Source: a virus (taxonomy: Duplodnaviria > Caudoviricetes). From it: a DNA stretch of 61,031 nucleotides. Shown piece after piece: positions 1 through 9,560 of the stretch (position 1 is the first letter of the stretch; every line of letters begins with the position of its first letter). The stretch covers positions 1 to 61,031 of IMG/VR virus record IMGVR_UViG_3300006920_000008; one strand, written 5' to 3'. The position numbers were made by a program, and so were the translations under genes. The notes below the pieces were generated by a model, which was not told the origin of the DNA, searched no databases, and was given only the letters and a program-made list of their open reading frames with translations.

Positions 1-70
1 ATGACCATCGTGGTAATCGTTTATGTAAAGAGAATTGATTTTTCTTTGCTTAACATTTACATACTGTTTA
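1..70. repeat. 70-bp terminal direct repeat (copy 1), most likely an assembly circularisation overlap
   Basis: Identical to 60962-61031; the helicase ORF continues in frame across the join. Confidence 0.95.
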
Positions 71-774
71 GAAAACTTATAAAAGTTTACAAAGCCGGAA
101 AAGGGATTTCCCTTTATCCCATAAACTTGATGATACATCTGACTATAAGATTCAGGAGTAGGTGTACCTGATAACAGAATTACATTTGGGTTGTCTGATT
201 TTTGTAATAGTTCTTTTACTTGCTTAGCACGTTTACTTGGTTTAGGAAATGCACCCATACTATGTGCCTCATCTAATATTACTAAATCAAAAACACCTTC
301 CACTTTGTGTAATGATTCATAGTTTATAATTGTAATACTAAAGTCCGGGTTAAGTAAATCATAATCATTCTCTATGCTGCTGATTGCTTTCTTTTTAGTA
401 ACAAACAAAACGTTTCTTTTATTTTGAAGTTTAGCTATACCTAAACTTGTAAGTGTCTTGCCTGTTCTAACCTCCATCGTTAGATATAAAAAGCCTTTTA
501 ATAAAAGTATTTCACTTCCTTTAACAATAATTTTTTTCTGATATTCTCTGTATTTAATTTTTGATTTTTTATTTTCCATTCTGTCTTTGTAATATTCAAG
601 ACTTTCGATTGCTCTTCGCTCCACCTCTTCAGTATGTTTGTAGCATCTCTGCTCAACCATAACGGCATTCTTACCTCTTCCCGTTTTTACTAATTTGGTT
701 TTAAATACAATTCCGTGTAGTAACTTTGACTGACGATACATCTGCTCGTCAGAGTAACCCGGTATTCTATCCAT
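1..774 (-). CDS. SF2 (SNF2/DEAH-like) helicase, N-terminal part; continues at 60961-60299
   Basis: Manual translation from ATG at 774: MDRIPGY...YREYQ...MEVRTGKT (Walker A)...ILDEAH (Walker B)...LLSGTP (motif III); open to base 1. Confidence 0.9.
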   Translation of the reverse strand, partial: MDRIPGYSDEQMYRQSKLLHGIVFKTKLVKTGRGKNAVMVEQRCYKHTEEVERRAIESLEYYKDRMENKKSKIKYREYQKKIIVKGSEILLLKGFLYLTMEVRTGKTLTSLGIAKLQNKRNVLFVTKKKAISSIENDYDLLNPDFSITIINYESLHKVEGVFDLVILDEAHSMGAFPKPSKRAKQVKELLQKSDNPNVILLSGTPTPESYSQMYHQVYGIKGNPFSGFVNFYKFSKQYVNVKQRKINSLYINDYHDGH

Positions 775-1004
775 TACAAATCTTGTTTTTCCTGAATATA
801 TCTTTGTAACGCTGCACATCTTTTGTAGTCTTCTTGTTCTATAAAATAATTTAAAATTTTTTCTAAGTCCCTCATACTTGGGAGCCTTTTAGCTATGTTA
901 TGAGCGAAGTATGGATTCTTTCCATCCACAATTTCTTCCCAATCATATTCAAGTATGATAACATTAAATGAATTAATCATAGCTATATGAACCGTATCTA
1001 TCAT
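774..1004 (-). CDS. small hypothetical protein with UVR-like C-terminal motif
   Basis: Likely start MIDTVH at 1004 (ATGA overlap with the primase stop); ends YFIEQEDYKRCAALQRYI. Confidence 0.6.
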   Translation of the reverse strand: MIDTVHIAMINSFNVIILEYDWEEIVDGKNPYFAHNIAKRLPSMRDLEKILNYFIEQEDYKRCAALQRYIQEKQDL

Positions 1005-3412
1005 AGGTCCATTGATGATTGCTTTACCTTTGGTTTTACAATAGTGAACCATCTTCCGTTCATATCTCTTCCCTCTAACGGTTGAACACCGGTAGTGAAT
1101 GAGCCATAGGCTACTAACCATCTATAGAATCTTGTTCTGCTTATTGTCATCTTAGCCTTTGGTCCGTAGTCAGGATACTCCCCTATGAAGTCGAAGTATA
1201 AATCTTGCATCATAAGTTTTGTGTCTACCCTTAATCTCTCATTCTTTTGATGACCTTCAATAAGTCCGCACCATTCTATAAAATCGTGTGAAGTTTGTGC
1301 TGAGAGTTGTCTGATTTTTAGGTTGACAAATTTACTTTTAACTAAACCTGTATTTAAGTAATCTTGTAGGCAGTATGTCATATAGTTATCGAACAAACAC
1401 CATTCATCTTCATTCCATTCTGCAAAGAAATGCTTATTAAACTCATCAAGAGGAGTGAAGTTTTTATTGTAATGTTGGTGAAGTTCTATTTCCCATTTTC
1501 TTCTTTCAAAAGAATTACCTGCTCCCTTAATTGCATAGTTAGTTGTGATTGCAATCTTTGGAGATTTACTAAAAGGTATTTTGATAGCATCTTTATTTTT
1601 CTTTTCAAGAGTAAGTCCTTCTGTAACTACACTAAACAATCTTTCAAAATCAAAGTGCTTCTTTACATCATCGAAACAAAGTATCTGCGTGTCTGCTGAT
1701 ACCAATTGATATGGAAATGATTTTTCGAAAGCGAATGCTTTACCATCAATGACTACGAGTTTTTTCATTTGTGAAAGTGCGTTCATAAACAAACCTTTAC
1801 CCGTACCTCCTTCAGGGTTGTCTGATATTACCTCATCATTTAATATGATTGCCGGGCAATAGCTTAGGTTTTTATATCCGTGCATCATATATCCAATGGT
1901 ACTTTCCATTGTCTTGGTTCTGTCTCTGTCATTGCCACAAACATTTCCAATGAACACAGAGTAATCACATTTCTTTTCATCACAAATTTTAAACTTGCGA
2001 TTAATGATATGGTCCTTCCAAACATAACCACCTAAGTCAAGGTAATCAATTGGCTCTATGTTTTCTTTTGTTATTTTGACCGCACAGTTTTGATAATATA
2101 AATATGCTGAGTCCTTGGTATCTTCTATAAAGTAGATGTCTATAGTTGATAGTAGTGTAAGAAACTCTTCTCTAAAGAATCTAACTTGGTCAGCAAAATA
2201 ATTGTAAACACTTAAGTCTTCAATCTCTTGTAAGTAATTCAACACATAATCTTTTATTTCTTTTTCAGATGTATGGTCTATTAGATTGTTGGTTACCTTA
2301 ACGAATACATAGTTCTTACTACCTTCCGGGCAATACTTATAGAATCCATTATCTTCTAAAAACTTTTTAAATGAAAAGTGAACAATCTTTATAACACCTT
2401 TATCGCTCTTCTCCCAAAATGTTTTTTTTGCCTGTTCTTTCTCTATGTTACTTACAATCGTTTCAATTGAATCAGAGTCTAATCCCGTTTCGCTCAGTTG
2501 ACTTTTGATTTCTTTCTTTGATACACCCTTTCTTATTTTATCTTTTATCTGCTGAAGCCTCTCATCATCTTGATAGTATTTTGTTCCGTGGTTAGTTGTA
2601 TTACTGTACGCACTATCAATAGTTCTTGTTACCTCGGCTTGTGAGAATCCATTAGTAACATATCTGTTTAGTATGTAACCGGCTAATGATTTGGCTACAC
2701 CATAATCATTAAAAGCCATAGCTAATACAAAACAATTTTGATTTCTTTGACCTTCAGTCATTGGATATTTTTTCTCCCACCACTTCACAAGTATTTCTAC
2801 TATTTTATTTTCGTCTGTGATTGGTATAGTCTGTTGGTCATTATACTTACTTACCTCTTGATATTCCGGCTCAGCTATTGTATCCCAAACCTGTGAGTTT
2901 ATGTTTATAAAAAGTAATGGGTCATAAGATTCATAACAAACTCTTGAAACATTCTTACACATCTTATCAAAGTAAGGTGAGTCATAATATTTCTGCAGTG
3001 AATTAAAATACTTAATATGATTTTCCGGGAGAGCAGGTATTTTAACTAATACCTTTAGTCCATTACCCGATGGAGATATAAATACACTGTATGTGTGTGG
3101 GTCCTTTGTTAGGTTCTCTTTGTGTTCGAGTAATAGTTTCTTCTTCTCGTATCCATCAAAGTCTAAACAAATTAAACCCGAATGCTCAACCAATGCTGAG
3201 TCTTTTCTTTTGGTGAATGTTCCTGAAAAACAAATAGCAGGTAGTAATTTTTTTAATTCATTACGCTCTGTCTTGTCCTTGGTGATTCTGATTTGCTTTA
3301 CAAGTTTCTTAGTGGCTCCATCTTTGATTCTCTCTAATACAACCTGTACCTCCCTGTGAAAAGGAGTCTCTGTCTCCTTAATGTTTTTGAATATAGTTAC
3401 TGTTTGTGTCAT
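1001..3412 (-). CDS. primase-helicase (VirE-N/BT4734-like primase domain, PriCT, C-terminal P-loop helicase)
   Basis: 803 aa; CFSGTF..HSGLICLDFD and FISPSGNGLKV primase motifs; GQRNQ PriCT-like; GGTGKG Walker A, FDD Walker B, ITTN. Confidence 0.85.
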   Translation of the reverse strand: MTQTVTIFKNIKETETPFHREVQVVLERIKDGATKKLVKQIRITKDKTERNELKKLLPAICFSGTFTKRKDSALVEHSGLICLDFDGYEKKKLLLEHKENLTKDPHTYSVFISPSGNGLKVLVKIPALPENHIKYFNSLQKYYDSPYFDKMCKNVSRVCYESYDPLLFININSQVWDTIAEPEYQEVSKYNDQQTIPITDENKIVEILVKWWEKKYPMTEGQRNQNCFVLAMAFNDYGVAKSLAGYILNRYVTNGFSQAEVTRTIDSAYSNTTNHGTKYYQDDERLQQIKDKIRKGVSKKEIKSQLSETGLDSDSIETIVSNIEKEQAKKTFWEKSDKGVIKIVHFSFKKFLEDNGFYKYCPEGSKNYVFVKVTNNLIDHTSEKEIKDYVLNYLQEIEDLSVYNYFADQVRFFREEFLTLLSTIDIYFIEDTKDSAYLYYQNCAVKITKENIEPIDYLDLGGYVWKDHIINRKFKICDEKKCDYSVFIGNVCGNDRDRTKTMESTIGYMMHGYKNLSYCPAIILNDEVISDNPEGGTGKGLFMNALSQMKKLVVIDGKAFAFEKSFPYQLVSADTQILCFDDVKKHFDFERLFSVVTEGLTLEKKNKDAIKIPFSKSPKIAITTNYAIKGAGNSFERRKWEIELHQHYNKNFTPLDEFNKHFFAEWNEDEWCLFDNYMTYCLQDYLNTGLVKSKFVNLKIRQLSAQTSHDFIEWCGLIEGHQKNERLRVDTKLMMQDLYFDFIGEYPDYGPKAKMTISRTRFYRWLVAYGSFTTGVQPLEGRDMNGRWFTIVKPKVKQSSMDL

Positions 3413-3545
3413 TGATATGTTGATTAAATGATGATTTGATTTTCATAACTAACTGATTATCAGTGGTTATGTTGATTATGTTGATTATTTTCTCTTTAAT
3501 GTAAAGAAAAGAAAATTATTGTTAATAAAAAAATATAGTAGTACA
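3413..3545. promoter_or_regulatory. AT-rich origin-like element with TATGTTGA repeats and an IHF-like site
   Basis: TATGTTGA at 3416, 3468, 3477; TAACTAACTGATTATCAGT at 3446-3464; directly upstream of the primase; similar to 12752-12900. Confidence 0.5.
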
Positions 3546-3580
3546 AAAGTTTTTTTACTTCACTGTGACATATTAGGTAT

Positions 3581-3610
3581 AAAAAAGAAGGGAGCAATGC
3601 TCCCCTCTTT
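3581..3610 (-). terminator. intrinsic terminator after the SSB-like gene
   Basis: GGGAGCA/TGCTCCC stem followed by a U-rich tract on the minus strand. Confidence 0.7.
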
Positions 3611-3617
3611 AACCTTT

Positions 3618-3633
3618 GTGTCTTTGAAGACAC
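3618..3633. repeat. 16-bp palindromic motif, copy 1 (GTGTCTTTGAAGACAC)
   Basis: Directly after the SSB-like stop codon and before the terminator. Confidence 0.95.
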
Positions 3634-3906
3634 TTAGAATGGTAAGTCGGCATCAACCTCCTTTGCAGTTTCCTGCTTAGGTGTGTTGTCTGCTTTTGGT
3701 TTAGCCTCCCAAGTATCTAACTCACAATAGTAGTTGCCTCCTTTTGCTCGTTTGATGTCAAGGTTTACCCAACCGTTTTTAGCGTTAGCTTTTAAGAAAG
3801 CTATAGCCTCATCGACTTTAATTGATTGCTTCCCTACTACAAATTCAGGAGCATTGTCGTTTCTCTTAAATGAGAAACCATCTGCAAAAACTTTTTCTTC
3901 TGCCAT
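3634..3906 (-). CDS. putative single-stranded DNA-binding protein
   Basis: 90 aa with acidic DADLPF C-terminus; next to the recombination genes. Confidence 0.6.
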   Translation of the reverse strand: MAEEKVFADGFSFKRNDNAPEFVVGKQSIKVDEAIAFLKANAKNGWVNLDIKRAKGGNYYCELDTWEAKPKADNTPKQETAKEVDADLPF

Positions 3907-3908
3907 TT

Positions 3909-4046
3909 TTAATTGATTTTAATTGTTCGTTCCAAATGATTAATAATTCCGAGGATAACATTATCTTTCTCCCCACGACTGATGCAGTTGATTGGAACTT
4001 CCAACCACATCACTCGCTTTCTTTTTTTAAAGAGTAGCTTCCACAT
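3909..4046 (-). CDS. small hypothetical protein (45 aa)
   Basis: Manual ORF MWKLLFKKRKRVMWLEVP...; fills the gap in the operon. Confidence 0.45.
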   Translation of the reverse strand: MWKLLFKKRKRVMWLEVPINCISRGEKDNVILGIINHLERTIKIN

Positions 4047-4749
4047 AATATTCGTTTATATCATATTGAGGATTCTCTCCAAAGAACTTTTTGTATACTT
4101 CAATTGCTCTTTCTACTTTCTCTTCCCCACGTTGAAGAAATTCTTCTGATGGTTTAAAGATTCCAAGTTGCAAGTTAGTCTTATCTACAACATAAAAAAC
4201 TAACGGCTTACCAAATAGTTGTTGGTAGATATAGCACTGACTGTCATAATTGTATTTTCTTGCACTCCACTTAAAATCAGATATTGAACTTGTAGTTTTC
4301 AGGTCAATTAATTTATCGCTACAAACGATGTCTGCTTTACCTTTCCACTTCATCCCTTTTATCTCCTTAATAGATGGAACTTCATACTCGTTACCTTCCT
4401 GACGTATACCTTCAAAGAATGGTAAGTTACCCATCATTGCTTGAACACAATCACGAATCTCTTGTCCTTCCTTTTCTAACATAATAATCCCGTTAGATGC
4501 TTGTTCTTTGTATGCCTTCGTGTTTCTTGATGACACTCCAATGAACTCAGTTTCTTCTGCCTTCTCCGGCTCAAGGATTAATTGATGAAAGTATCTTCCT
4601 TTGTGAAAGTTTACATTATCATCTTGAGGTTTACCAAACATAGTTGGATTACTCAATAGCGTACCGATGTCTGAATTAGATAAGAACTGCTTACCGAACT
4701 CCCCATAGTATTGGGTGTCATCTTTTAGTTTTTCTATTAACTCTTTCAT
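4027..4749 (-). CDS. RecE/exonuclease VIII-like PD-(D/E)XK nuclease (DUF3799-like)
   Basis: LSNSDI, G..FH..ILEP, KGKADI...IDLKTT, YNYDSQCYIY. Confidence 0.8.
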   Translation of the reverse strand: MKELIEKLKDDTQYYGEFGKQFLSNSDIGTLLSNPTMFGKPQDDNVNFHKGRYFHQLILEPEKAEETEFIGVSSRNTKAYKEQASNGIIMLEKEGQEIRDCVQAMMGNLPFFEGIRQEGNEYEVPSIKEIKGMKWKGKADIVCSDKLIDLKTTSSISDFKWSARKYNYDSQCYIYQQLFGKPLVFYVVDKTNLQLGIFKPSEEFLQRGEEKVERAIEVYKKFFGENPQYDINEYYVEATL

Positions 4750-5414
4750 TTGATTAGATTTTTGATTTCATTCTTAGCTGCTGCACTCAATGTATACTTT
4801 GTACCAACCTTATCACATAGCTTCTTGAAACCTAATGACTTGTTTTCTTTACAAAAGTTTGCCATTGCACTCCACTTCTCATCAGACACATCTAACTTAG
4901 GTTTGCTTGGTGTCTTTGAAGACACTTCTTTCTTAGTAGTTGGCTGAGGTTCGCTTGTAGTAGTTGGCATATCTTCTCCTGCATAGATATAAATACCCAT
5001 ACCGAACATTGCAAGATTCTTAACTAAACATCTCATAAGAGTTTTGTTTATATCAAAAGATGTTGCTGCTGCTACTTGCTTCTCTCCGTATCTTGTTTGA
5101 TACGAATAAGGAACTTTCTTCATTGCCTGATTCTTACTATCCATTACCGGCAACCACATTGATAATGTTTCTCCGTTAATAGTTACGTTAGTCTCACACA
5201 TAAAACCTAATGCTTCATCATAGACGTAAGGATTTCCTTGTTCATCTTTAATGATTTCATAAGTTGCATCCGGACATACTTTCTTAGTTTCGCTCCAAGC
5301 GAATGCCCAAGATAAATAAGTTAATCCGTTTTTCTTTTCAACGTACTTGTTTACGTTGATTGCAGATAGTTTCTCAAACGTTGTCTGCTTCTTCTCTGTT
5401 GACTTTGTTGCCAT
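4746..5414 (-). CDS. Sak/Rad52-like single-strand annealing protein (DUF1071-like)
   Basis: EKKNGLTYLSWAFAW, MWLPVMD, INKTLMRCLVKNLAMFGMGIYIYAGED. Confidence 0.85.
   Translation of the reverse strand: MATKSTEKKQTTFEKLSAINVNKYVEKKNGLTYLSWAFAWSETKKVCPDATYEIIKDEQGNPYVYDEALGFMCETNVTINGETLSMWLPVMDSKNQAMKKVPYSYQTRYGEKQVAAATSFDINKTLMRCLVKNLAMFGMGIYIYAGEDMPTTTSEPQPTTKKEVSSKTPSKPKLDVSDEKWSAMANFCKENKSLGFKKLCDKVGTKYTLSAAAKNEIKNLIK
4910..4925. repeat. 16-bp palindromic motif, copy 2 (intragenic, encodes VSSKT)
   Basis: GTGTCTTTGAAGACAC. Confidence 0.95.
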
Positions 5415-5826
5415 AATTTAATTGATTTAATTGATTTAATTTTGAATTGATTTCTGAATACTTATTTAGTATTCTTTCTCTACTTGATTTTAAAATTCCT
5501 ATCTGCTTCTCAGACTTTTTATCATTGATATATTGTTTGATTCGTTGCTCAATGATATCAAGCTTTGAACGATAGTTAGACAAAGATAAGACAAAAACTC
5601 CATATCTCCAACCTTTTTCTGTAAAAGATTTTAATTCATCTTCGGTTATTGATATGTAATAATCCCCTCCTTTCATAGTGTTTAGTATTTGAATTGTACC
5701 GGTCTCTTTGTCCTTCACAATCTTTGTCCCGTACACCATTTTGGATTGGTATCCATCTCCATCTAAGGAGATTGCATAAGTATCTTCCATTGCCTGAGCA
5801 AATATATCTTCCAAACTATACTTCAT
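5374..5826 (-). CDS. hypothetical protein
   Basis: 150-aa ORF in the operon. Confidence 0.7.
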   Translation of the reverse strand: MKYSLEDIFAQAMEDTYAISLDGDGYQSKMVYGTKIVKDKETGTIQILNTMKGGDYYISITEDELKSFTEKGWRYGVFVLSLSNYRSKLDIIEQRIKQYINDKKSEKQIGILKSSRERILNKYSEINSKLNQLNQLNYGNKVNREEADNV

Positions 5827-6118
5827 CTTCGTTTAATACTGATTCTATTGTTTCGATATAATCAACATCACTTTCAAGTTTACTTTTTACTTGTGAGATT
5901 CCGTGATGTATAGATGAATGTGGAATAACATATCCATTCTCTGCCATATACTCTTGAATATAAACCAACCTCATTGGTCTAACGTGACAGAGATAATATA
6001 GAAGATGTCTTGCATCTACTACATCTCTTCGCTTTGTTTTGGTAAATAACATTTCTTTGTCAATCCCAAAAAGGTAGCAAACCTTGTCTACATACTTATT
6101 AAAAATTGTTGCCTTCAC
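5816..6118 (-). CDS. DnaA C-terminal-like HTH protein
   Basis: TKRRDVVDARHLLYYL...HSSIHHG resembles the DnaA domain IV signature (R..AMYL...DHTTV.H). Confidence 0.65.
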   Translation of the reverse strand: MKATIFNKYVDKVCYLFGIDKEMLFTKTKRRDVVDARHLLYYLCHVRPMRLVYIQEYMAENGYVIPHSSIHHGISQVKSKLESDVDYIETIESVLNEDEV

Positions 6119-6311
6119 TTGATTTTGATTTTAAATTATCTCTTGACCTGCCTGAAAATATTTCAGCCCAAGCTTCAAAGATTTCGTTTAACACTTTTTT
6201 TGTTTCTTCATTTGAATACTGTGCCTCTCGGTAAGTATCATCTAAATAATCTCTTAAGTTTTGAGATTCTTTTTCACGCTCCTCTTGGAACATTTTTTTT
6301 GATTTTGACAT
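6099..6311 (-). CDS. hypothetical protein
   Basis: Likely start MSKSKK at 6311. Confidence 0.6.
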   Translation of the reverse strand: MSKSKKMFQEEREKESQNLRDYLDDTYREAQYSNEETKKVLNEIFEAWAEIFSGRSRDNLKSKSSEGNNF

Positions 6312-6375
6312 ATGATTTAATTTAATTGATTGAATGGTAAAGATAGTAAAAGTATATGGCTTGACCAAATTTTGT

Positions 6376-6645
6376 CTAACTTTTATCTTCTTTTTTGCAC
6401 TGAACTCTATATAAGATTAAGTATCCAATCAAGTCAAGAAGAGTATCCTCCGTCTTGTCATTAATTCCTACCGTCTTTATCCTGCTCAGCTTGTCATCTA
6501 TTCTCGCAAGGATTCCCTCCTTAGCAGATAGCTTTGAGAATATTTTTGGTGGCTTGTTAGCCGTGTCTCCGTATGCTTTATTTTTTTCAAGCAGGAGCAT
6601 AACTACCTCCCTGCCTACCTCTTTAATTAATTCTTCTGTTTTCAT
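6376..6645 (-). CDS. DUF1599/Nmad1-like helical nucleotide-associated protein
   Basis: KNKAYG...ARIDDKLSRI...EDTLLDLIGYLIL. Confidence 0.75.
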   Translation of the reverse strand: MKTEELIKEVGREVVMLLLEKNKAYGDTANKPPKIFSKLSAKEGILARIDDKLSRIKTVGINDKTEDTLLDLIGYLILYRVQCKKEDKS

Positions 6646-6878
6646 TTTACTATTTGATTATACATAAATTCTTCTACCAAATTCAAATCGTTTGAACGCT
6701 TACCCCTGCCAATGCCTGATGGTCTGTATAAAAACTTTCCATTCTTTAGCATTTCGATGTAATGTTCTCCTGCGTACATAATAACATCTGTTGTATGTTG
6801 ATGTAGAATTGATACATCCGGGACCGCTTGTATCTTTTGAATTTGCCCGGTGTTTATAAATGATTTAATTGATTCCAT
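6642..6878 (-). CDS. hypothetical protein
   Basis: Likely start MESIKS at 6878. Confidence 0.6.
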   Translation of the reverse strand: MESIKSFINTGQIQKIQAVPDVSILHQHTTDVIMYAGEHYIEMLKNGKFLYRPSGIGRGKRSNDLNLVEEFMYNQIVK

Positions 6879-6879
6879 T

Positions 6880-7257
6880 TTAATTATTAAATAATTGATT
6901 ACACATAATTTTTTCAGCACCTGCCAAAGTTTTGTATAGTTTAGGTTTGTCTCCCGAGATTCCACTCCAAAGATATTTGTATTCTTTTTTTTCTTTGTTT
7001 GGCTGAATCTTTTCAATATAGTTTAGACCTAAATAGAGATAAACCTCAACCACAAAATCATTAAGCCTTGGTGGATTAGCATAGGTTTTTAAAAATACTG
7101 AAGGATTTAGTTTTCTTCTTGTCATACGATATTCTTTCGCTCCGTATGTATCGCCATCCATTGCTTGTTGAACTTTCTGAATAGCAACCTTGTTGTCTGT
7201 TCCTGAGTCAAGCTTTAACTCAAGTAGATGCTCTCGCATCAAATGTTTCATATCCAT
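6880..7257 (-). CDS. hypothetical protein
   Basis: 125-aa ORF in the operon. Confidence 0.65.
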   Translation of the reverse strand: MDMKHLMREHLLELKLDSGTDNKVAIQKVQQAMDGDTYGAKEYRMTRRKLNPSVFLKTYANPPRLNDFVVEVYLYLGLNYIEKIQPNKEKKEYKYLWSGISGDKPKLYKTLAGAEKIMCNQLFNN

Positions 7258-7263
7258 AATAGA

Positions 7264-7503
7264 TTATTTTACTTCACTGATACCACATTCGATTGCATCC
7301 CCCACGATTGGATGCCCTGCGATTTCAGTTGCTTGTTTATTTGGTGGGAGATTCATAATGAGACCTTCTTCATTCACGACTAATAGTTTCTCGTTTAAGT
7401 AAACGAACTCTATGTATCCCTGAACTAAGTCTTGCATTTTCTTTAATGATGAGATGTCTACATTTGGTATCACCTCACCGCTTGATTTGATTAATCTTGC
7501 CAT
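7264..7503 (-). CDS. DUF3846-like protein
   Basis: MQDLVQGYIE..VNEEGL..LPPN..A...IVGD. Confidence 0.7.
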   Translation of the reverse strand: MARLIKSSGEVIPNVDISSLKKMQDLVQGYIEFVYLNEKLLVVNEEGLIMNLPPNKQATEIAGHPIVGDAIECGISEVK

Positions 7504-7550
7504 AATAATTTAATTTGATTTATACGAAAGTACGAATTTTATTAGACGTA

Positions 7551-7784
7551 TCAAAATTTTATGTCTGTTATTTTAGCGTACCAATATCCCTTGATTAACT
7601 TCTTGTCTGCTTTGTGGAACCATCTTTCTCTTTGATTGTCTGTCTGTTCAAGATGCCTGATTAACATATCAAGTCCATCCTTGATTCCTTTATGCTCTGC
7701 TGATGTATGGCTATCGTTTACCCATTCATCATCTGCCTTTATGTCTTCTGCTATTCTTTTGATTCTGTTTAATTCTATTTTCAT
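7551..7784 (-). CDS. hypothetical protein
   Basis: Likely start MKIELN at 7784; the GTG start in the ORF track comes from the palindrome. Confidence 0.6.
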   Translation of the reverse strand: MKIELNRIKRIAEDIKADDEWVNDSHTSAEHKGIKDGLDMLIRHLEQTDNQRERWFHKADKKLIKGYWYAKITDIKF

Positions 7785-7796
7785 TTTATTGGATTT

Positions 7797-7830
7797 AAAA
7801 AAAGGATGTGTCTTTGAAGACACACCCCTC
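7797..7830 (-). terminator. intrinsic terminator whose core is palindrome copy 3 (7808-7823)
   Basis: Minus-strand RNA GGGG-UGUGUCUU-CA-AAGACACA-UCCU followed by a U-tract. Confidence 0.75.
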
Positions 7831-7841
7831 GGATTATTAAT

Positions 7842-8921
7842 TTATTGTTTGCTGAAATTTAATATCTCATCTTCCTTAAACCAACCACCACAAGAAGAGC
7901 AGTAGTAGTTGTGAAACATATCGTGTTCAACATCATTGAAACAATCAATACAAGTTGGTGTCTCTGATGTTGGGAAATCATTGTCATCCCAACCGATGTC
8001 TATTGCTTGATGATTCTCAGTTGCATCATAAGTTGGCTGAACATCATCGAAAGTAAAACTTCGCTGAGGATAAACCCTTGTCTGTTTGTACTCACTATGT
8101 AACTCTGTGTCCGGATGAATGTCCTTTGGATTAAAGTATATCCAACAATTCAATGTTCTATTCTTTAGCTTTACCGGTATCTGAACTCTCTTGTACCACT
8201 GCGGATGTCCCTCAAGTTGGTCAACCTTTTTAAGTTGCATATCGCTAACCTTGAATACATCAACCACAACATTGTGACCTACACCTTTTTTGTTTACTAA
8301 GAATGGTAACCCATCAACAATTAAAGGATATTTGTCTTGTGTCTTTCCTCTACCAATGTGCTTTGCATTTGTAAGGTAAGAGTAATAGTTGTTGAATCCT
8401 TTCTTTAATGTTCCATACACCGCAATCAGATTGTCTTGCAATACATTTGCTTTTGAATACCAAATGCCATCACGATATGTATACATATTGCGATTGTAAA
8501 TTTGGAATGAACGAGTACGAACATTTACTGAAACAAATCTTGAATCATACTGCTCAAGATGTGTCTTCCAATTTCTACGATTCATTGAGCCAAGCTGAAT
8601 AGCTAATGCTTTTGAATCACATAACTCTGCACTACCAAGTCCTTTGATTGTTCCATTCATCATAAGGTATTCATCTTTGTTGTTACCACATACAAATGGA
8701 TGAGTGTTTGCTCTGTTGATTGCACCGACTGTTGCATATCTAAAGTGAGCAATGAATGGTCTCTTTGTTATTAGTTTACGATAGTCTTTTGATTTGTGGT
8801 AAGTTACCTCAAAGGTATCTAACCAAATGATTCCTAATCCGTGAGGATTAATTTTTGATGATGTCTTTGCTATCTCTTCAGACATCACATTGTTTTTCTG
8901 TTTAATAATAATTACACACAT
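7842..8921 (-). CDS. class II glutamine amidotransferase fused to gamma-glutamylcyclotransferase (AIG2-like) and a Zn ribbon
   Basis: N-terminal Cys2, HFRYAT.G..NTHPF, NG, DS; VYGTLKKG...DQLEGHP.WY.R; CIDC..CSSC. Confidence 0.85.
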   Translation of the reverse strand: MCVIIIKQKNNVMSEEIAKTSSKINPHGLGIIWLDTFEVTYHKSKDYRKLITKRPFIAHFRYATVGAINRANTHPFVCGNNKDEYLMMNGTIKGLGSAELCDSKALAIQLGSMNRRNWKTHLEQYDSRFVSVNVRTRSFQIYNRNMYTYRDGIWYSKANVLQDNLIAVYGTLKKGFNNYYSYLTNAKHIGRGKTQDKYPLIVDGLPFLVNKKGVGHNVVVDVFKVSDMQLKKVDQLEGHPQWYKRVQIPVKLKNRTLNCWIYFNPKDIHPDTELHSEYKQTRVYPQRSFTFDDVQPTYDATENHQAIDIGWDDNDFPTSETPTCIDCFNDVEHDMFHNYYCSSCGGWFKEDEILNFSKQ

Positions 8922-8942
8922 AGTGATTTGAATTTGCGAGGA

Positions 8943-8958
8943 GTGTCTTTGAAGACAC
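8943..8958. repeat. 16-bp palindromic motif, copy 4 (5' leader)
   Basis: Between the promoter at 8985 and the start at 8921; hairpin extended by GAGG/CCTC. Confidence 0.95.
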
Positions 8959-8984
8959 TGACCTCTGATTTATAATTGATTGAA

Positions 8985-8992
8985 CAAATATA
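8985..8992 (-). promoter_or_regulatory. Bacteroidota-type -7 promoter element (TATATTTG)
   Basis: Matches TAnnTTTG upstream of the GATase gene. Confidence 0.6.
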
Positions 8993-9017
8993 AGACTAAA
9001 TTTAGACATAACCTAAT

Positions 9018-9560
9018 TTAATCTAATAATTCTTTTTTAACTCTTTCCCAATAGATTTCTGTTGACTGCTTCTTGTGTCCTCTTGGTCCACCATTCCATT
9101 TTCTTGCAACGATTTCGAAGAACTCTAATTGAGTCAAACCTAAACAACATTCAACCTCTTCAGCCATTATGTCAAACATATCAATTGACTTCTGTCTGTT
9201 CCATCTGTCATTCATTTCGAACTTGAGATTGACCTTGTGTCCCCTGAGAACCCTGTTTACTTCCCTGACCATTATTGGTCTAATTTGTAGACAACCGACT
9301 GCCTTTTCTTTTTTATGGTATGCCGAATCATTACCTCTTGATTCTACATAGATGACTGCGTTAACGAAATCATCCCAGACAATTTTATGTTCCACTGTTA
9401 CCGGAACTGTGTCTACGGTATTTGCTACGGTGTCTGCTGATTGTAAAAGAAGGGAAGGAATTTCTTCCCTCCCGACTTCTGCAGTTTGTGTCTTTGAAGA
9501 CACATCACTGCCCACATATCCAACCACAGATAATGCTGATAGTAATATAAATTTTTTCAT
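9018..9560 (-). CDS. secreted lysozyme-like/lytic transglycosylase protein
   Basis: Signal-like N-terminus; VESRG, GCLQI, ARKWNGGP motifs. Confidence 0.7.
   Translation of the reverse strand: MKKFILLSALSVVGYVGSDVSSKTQTAEVGREEIPSLLLQSADTVANTVDTVPVTVEHKIVWDDFVNAVIYVESRGNDSAYHKKEKAVGCLQIRPIMVREVNRVLRGHKVNLKFEMNDRWNRQKSIDMFDIMAEEVECCLGLTQLEFFEIVARKWNGGPRGHKKQSTEIYWERVKKELLD
9488..9503. repeat. 16-bp palindromic motif, copy 5 (intragenic, VSSKT)
   Basis: GTGTCTTTGAAGACAC. Confidence 0.95.

Noticed and set aside
1-70. Terminal repeat as a biological DTR
   Set aside because: It is short and falls in the middle of the helicase gene, which is typical of an assembler overlap
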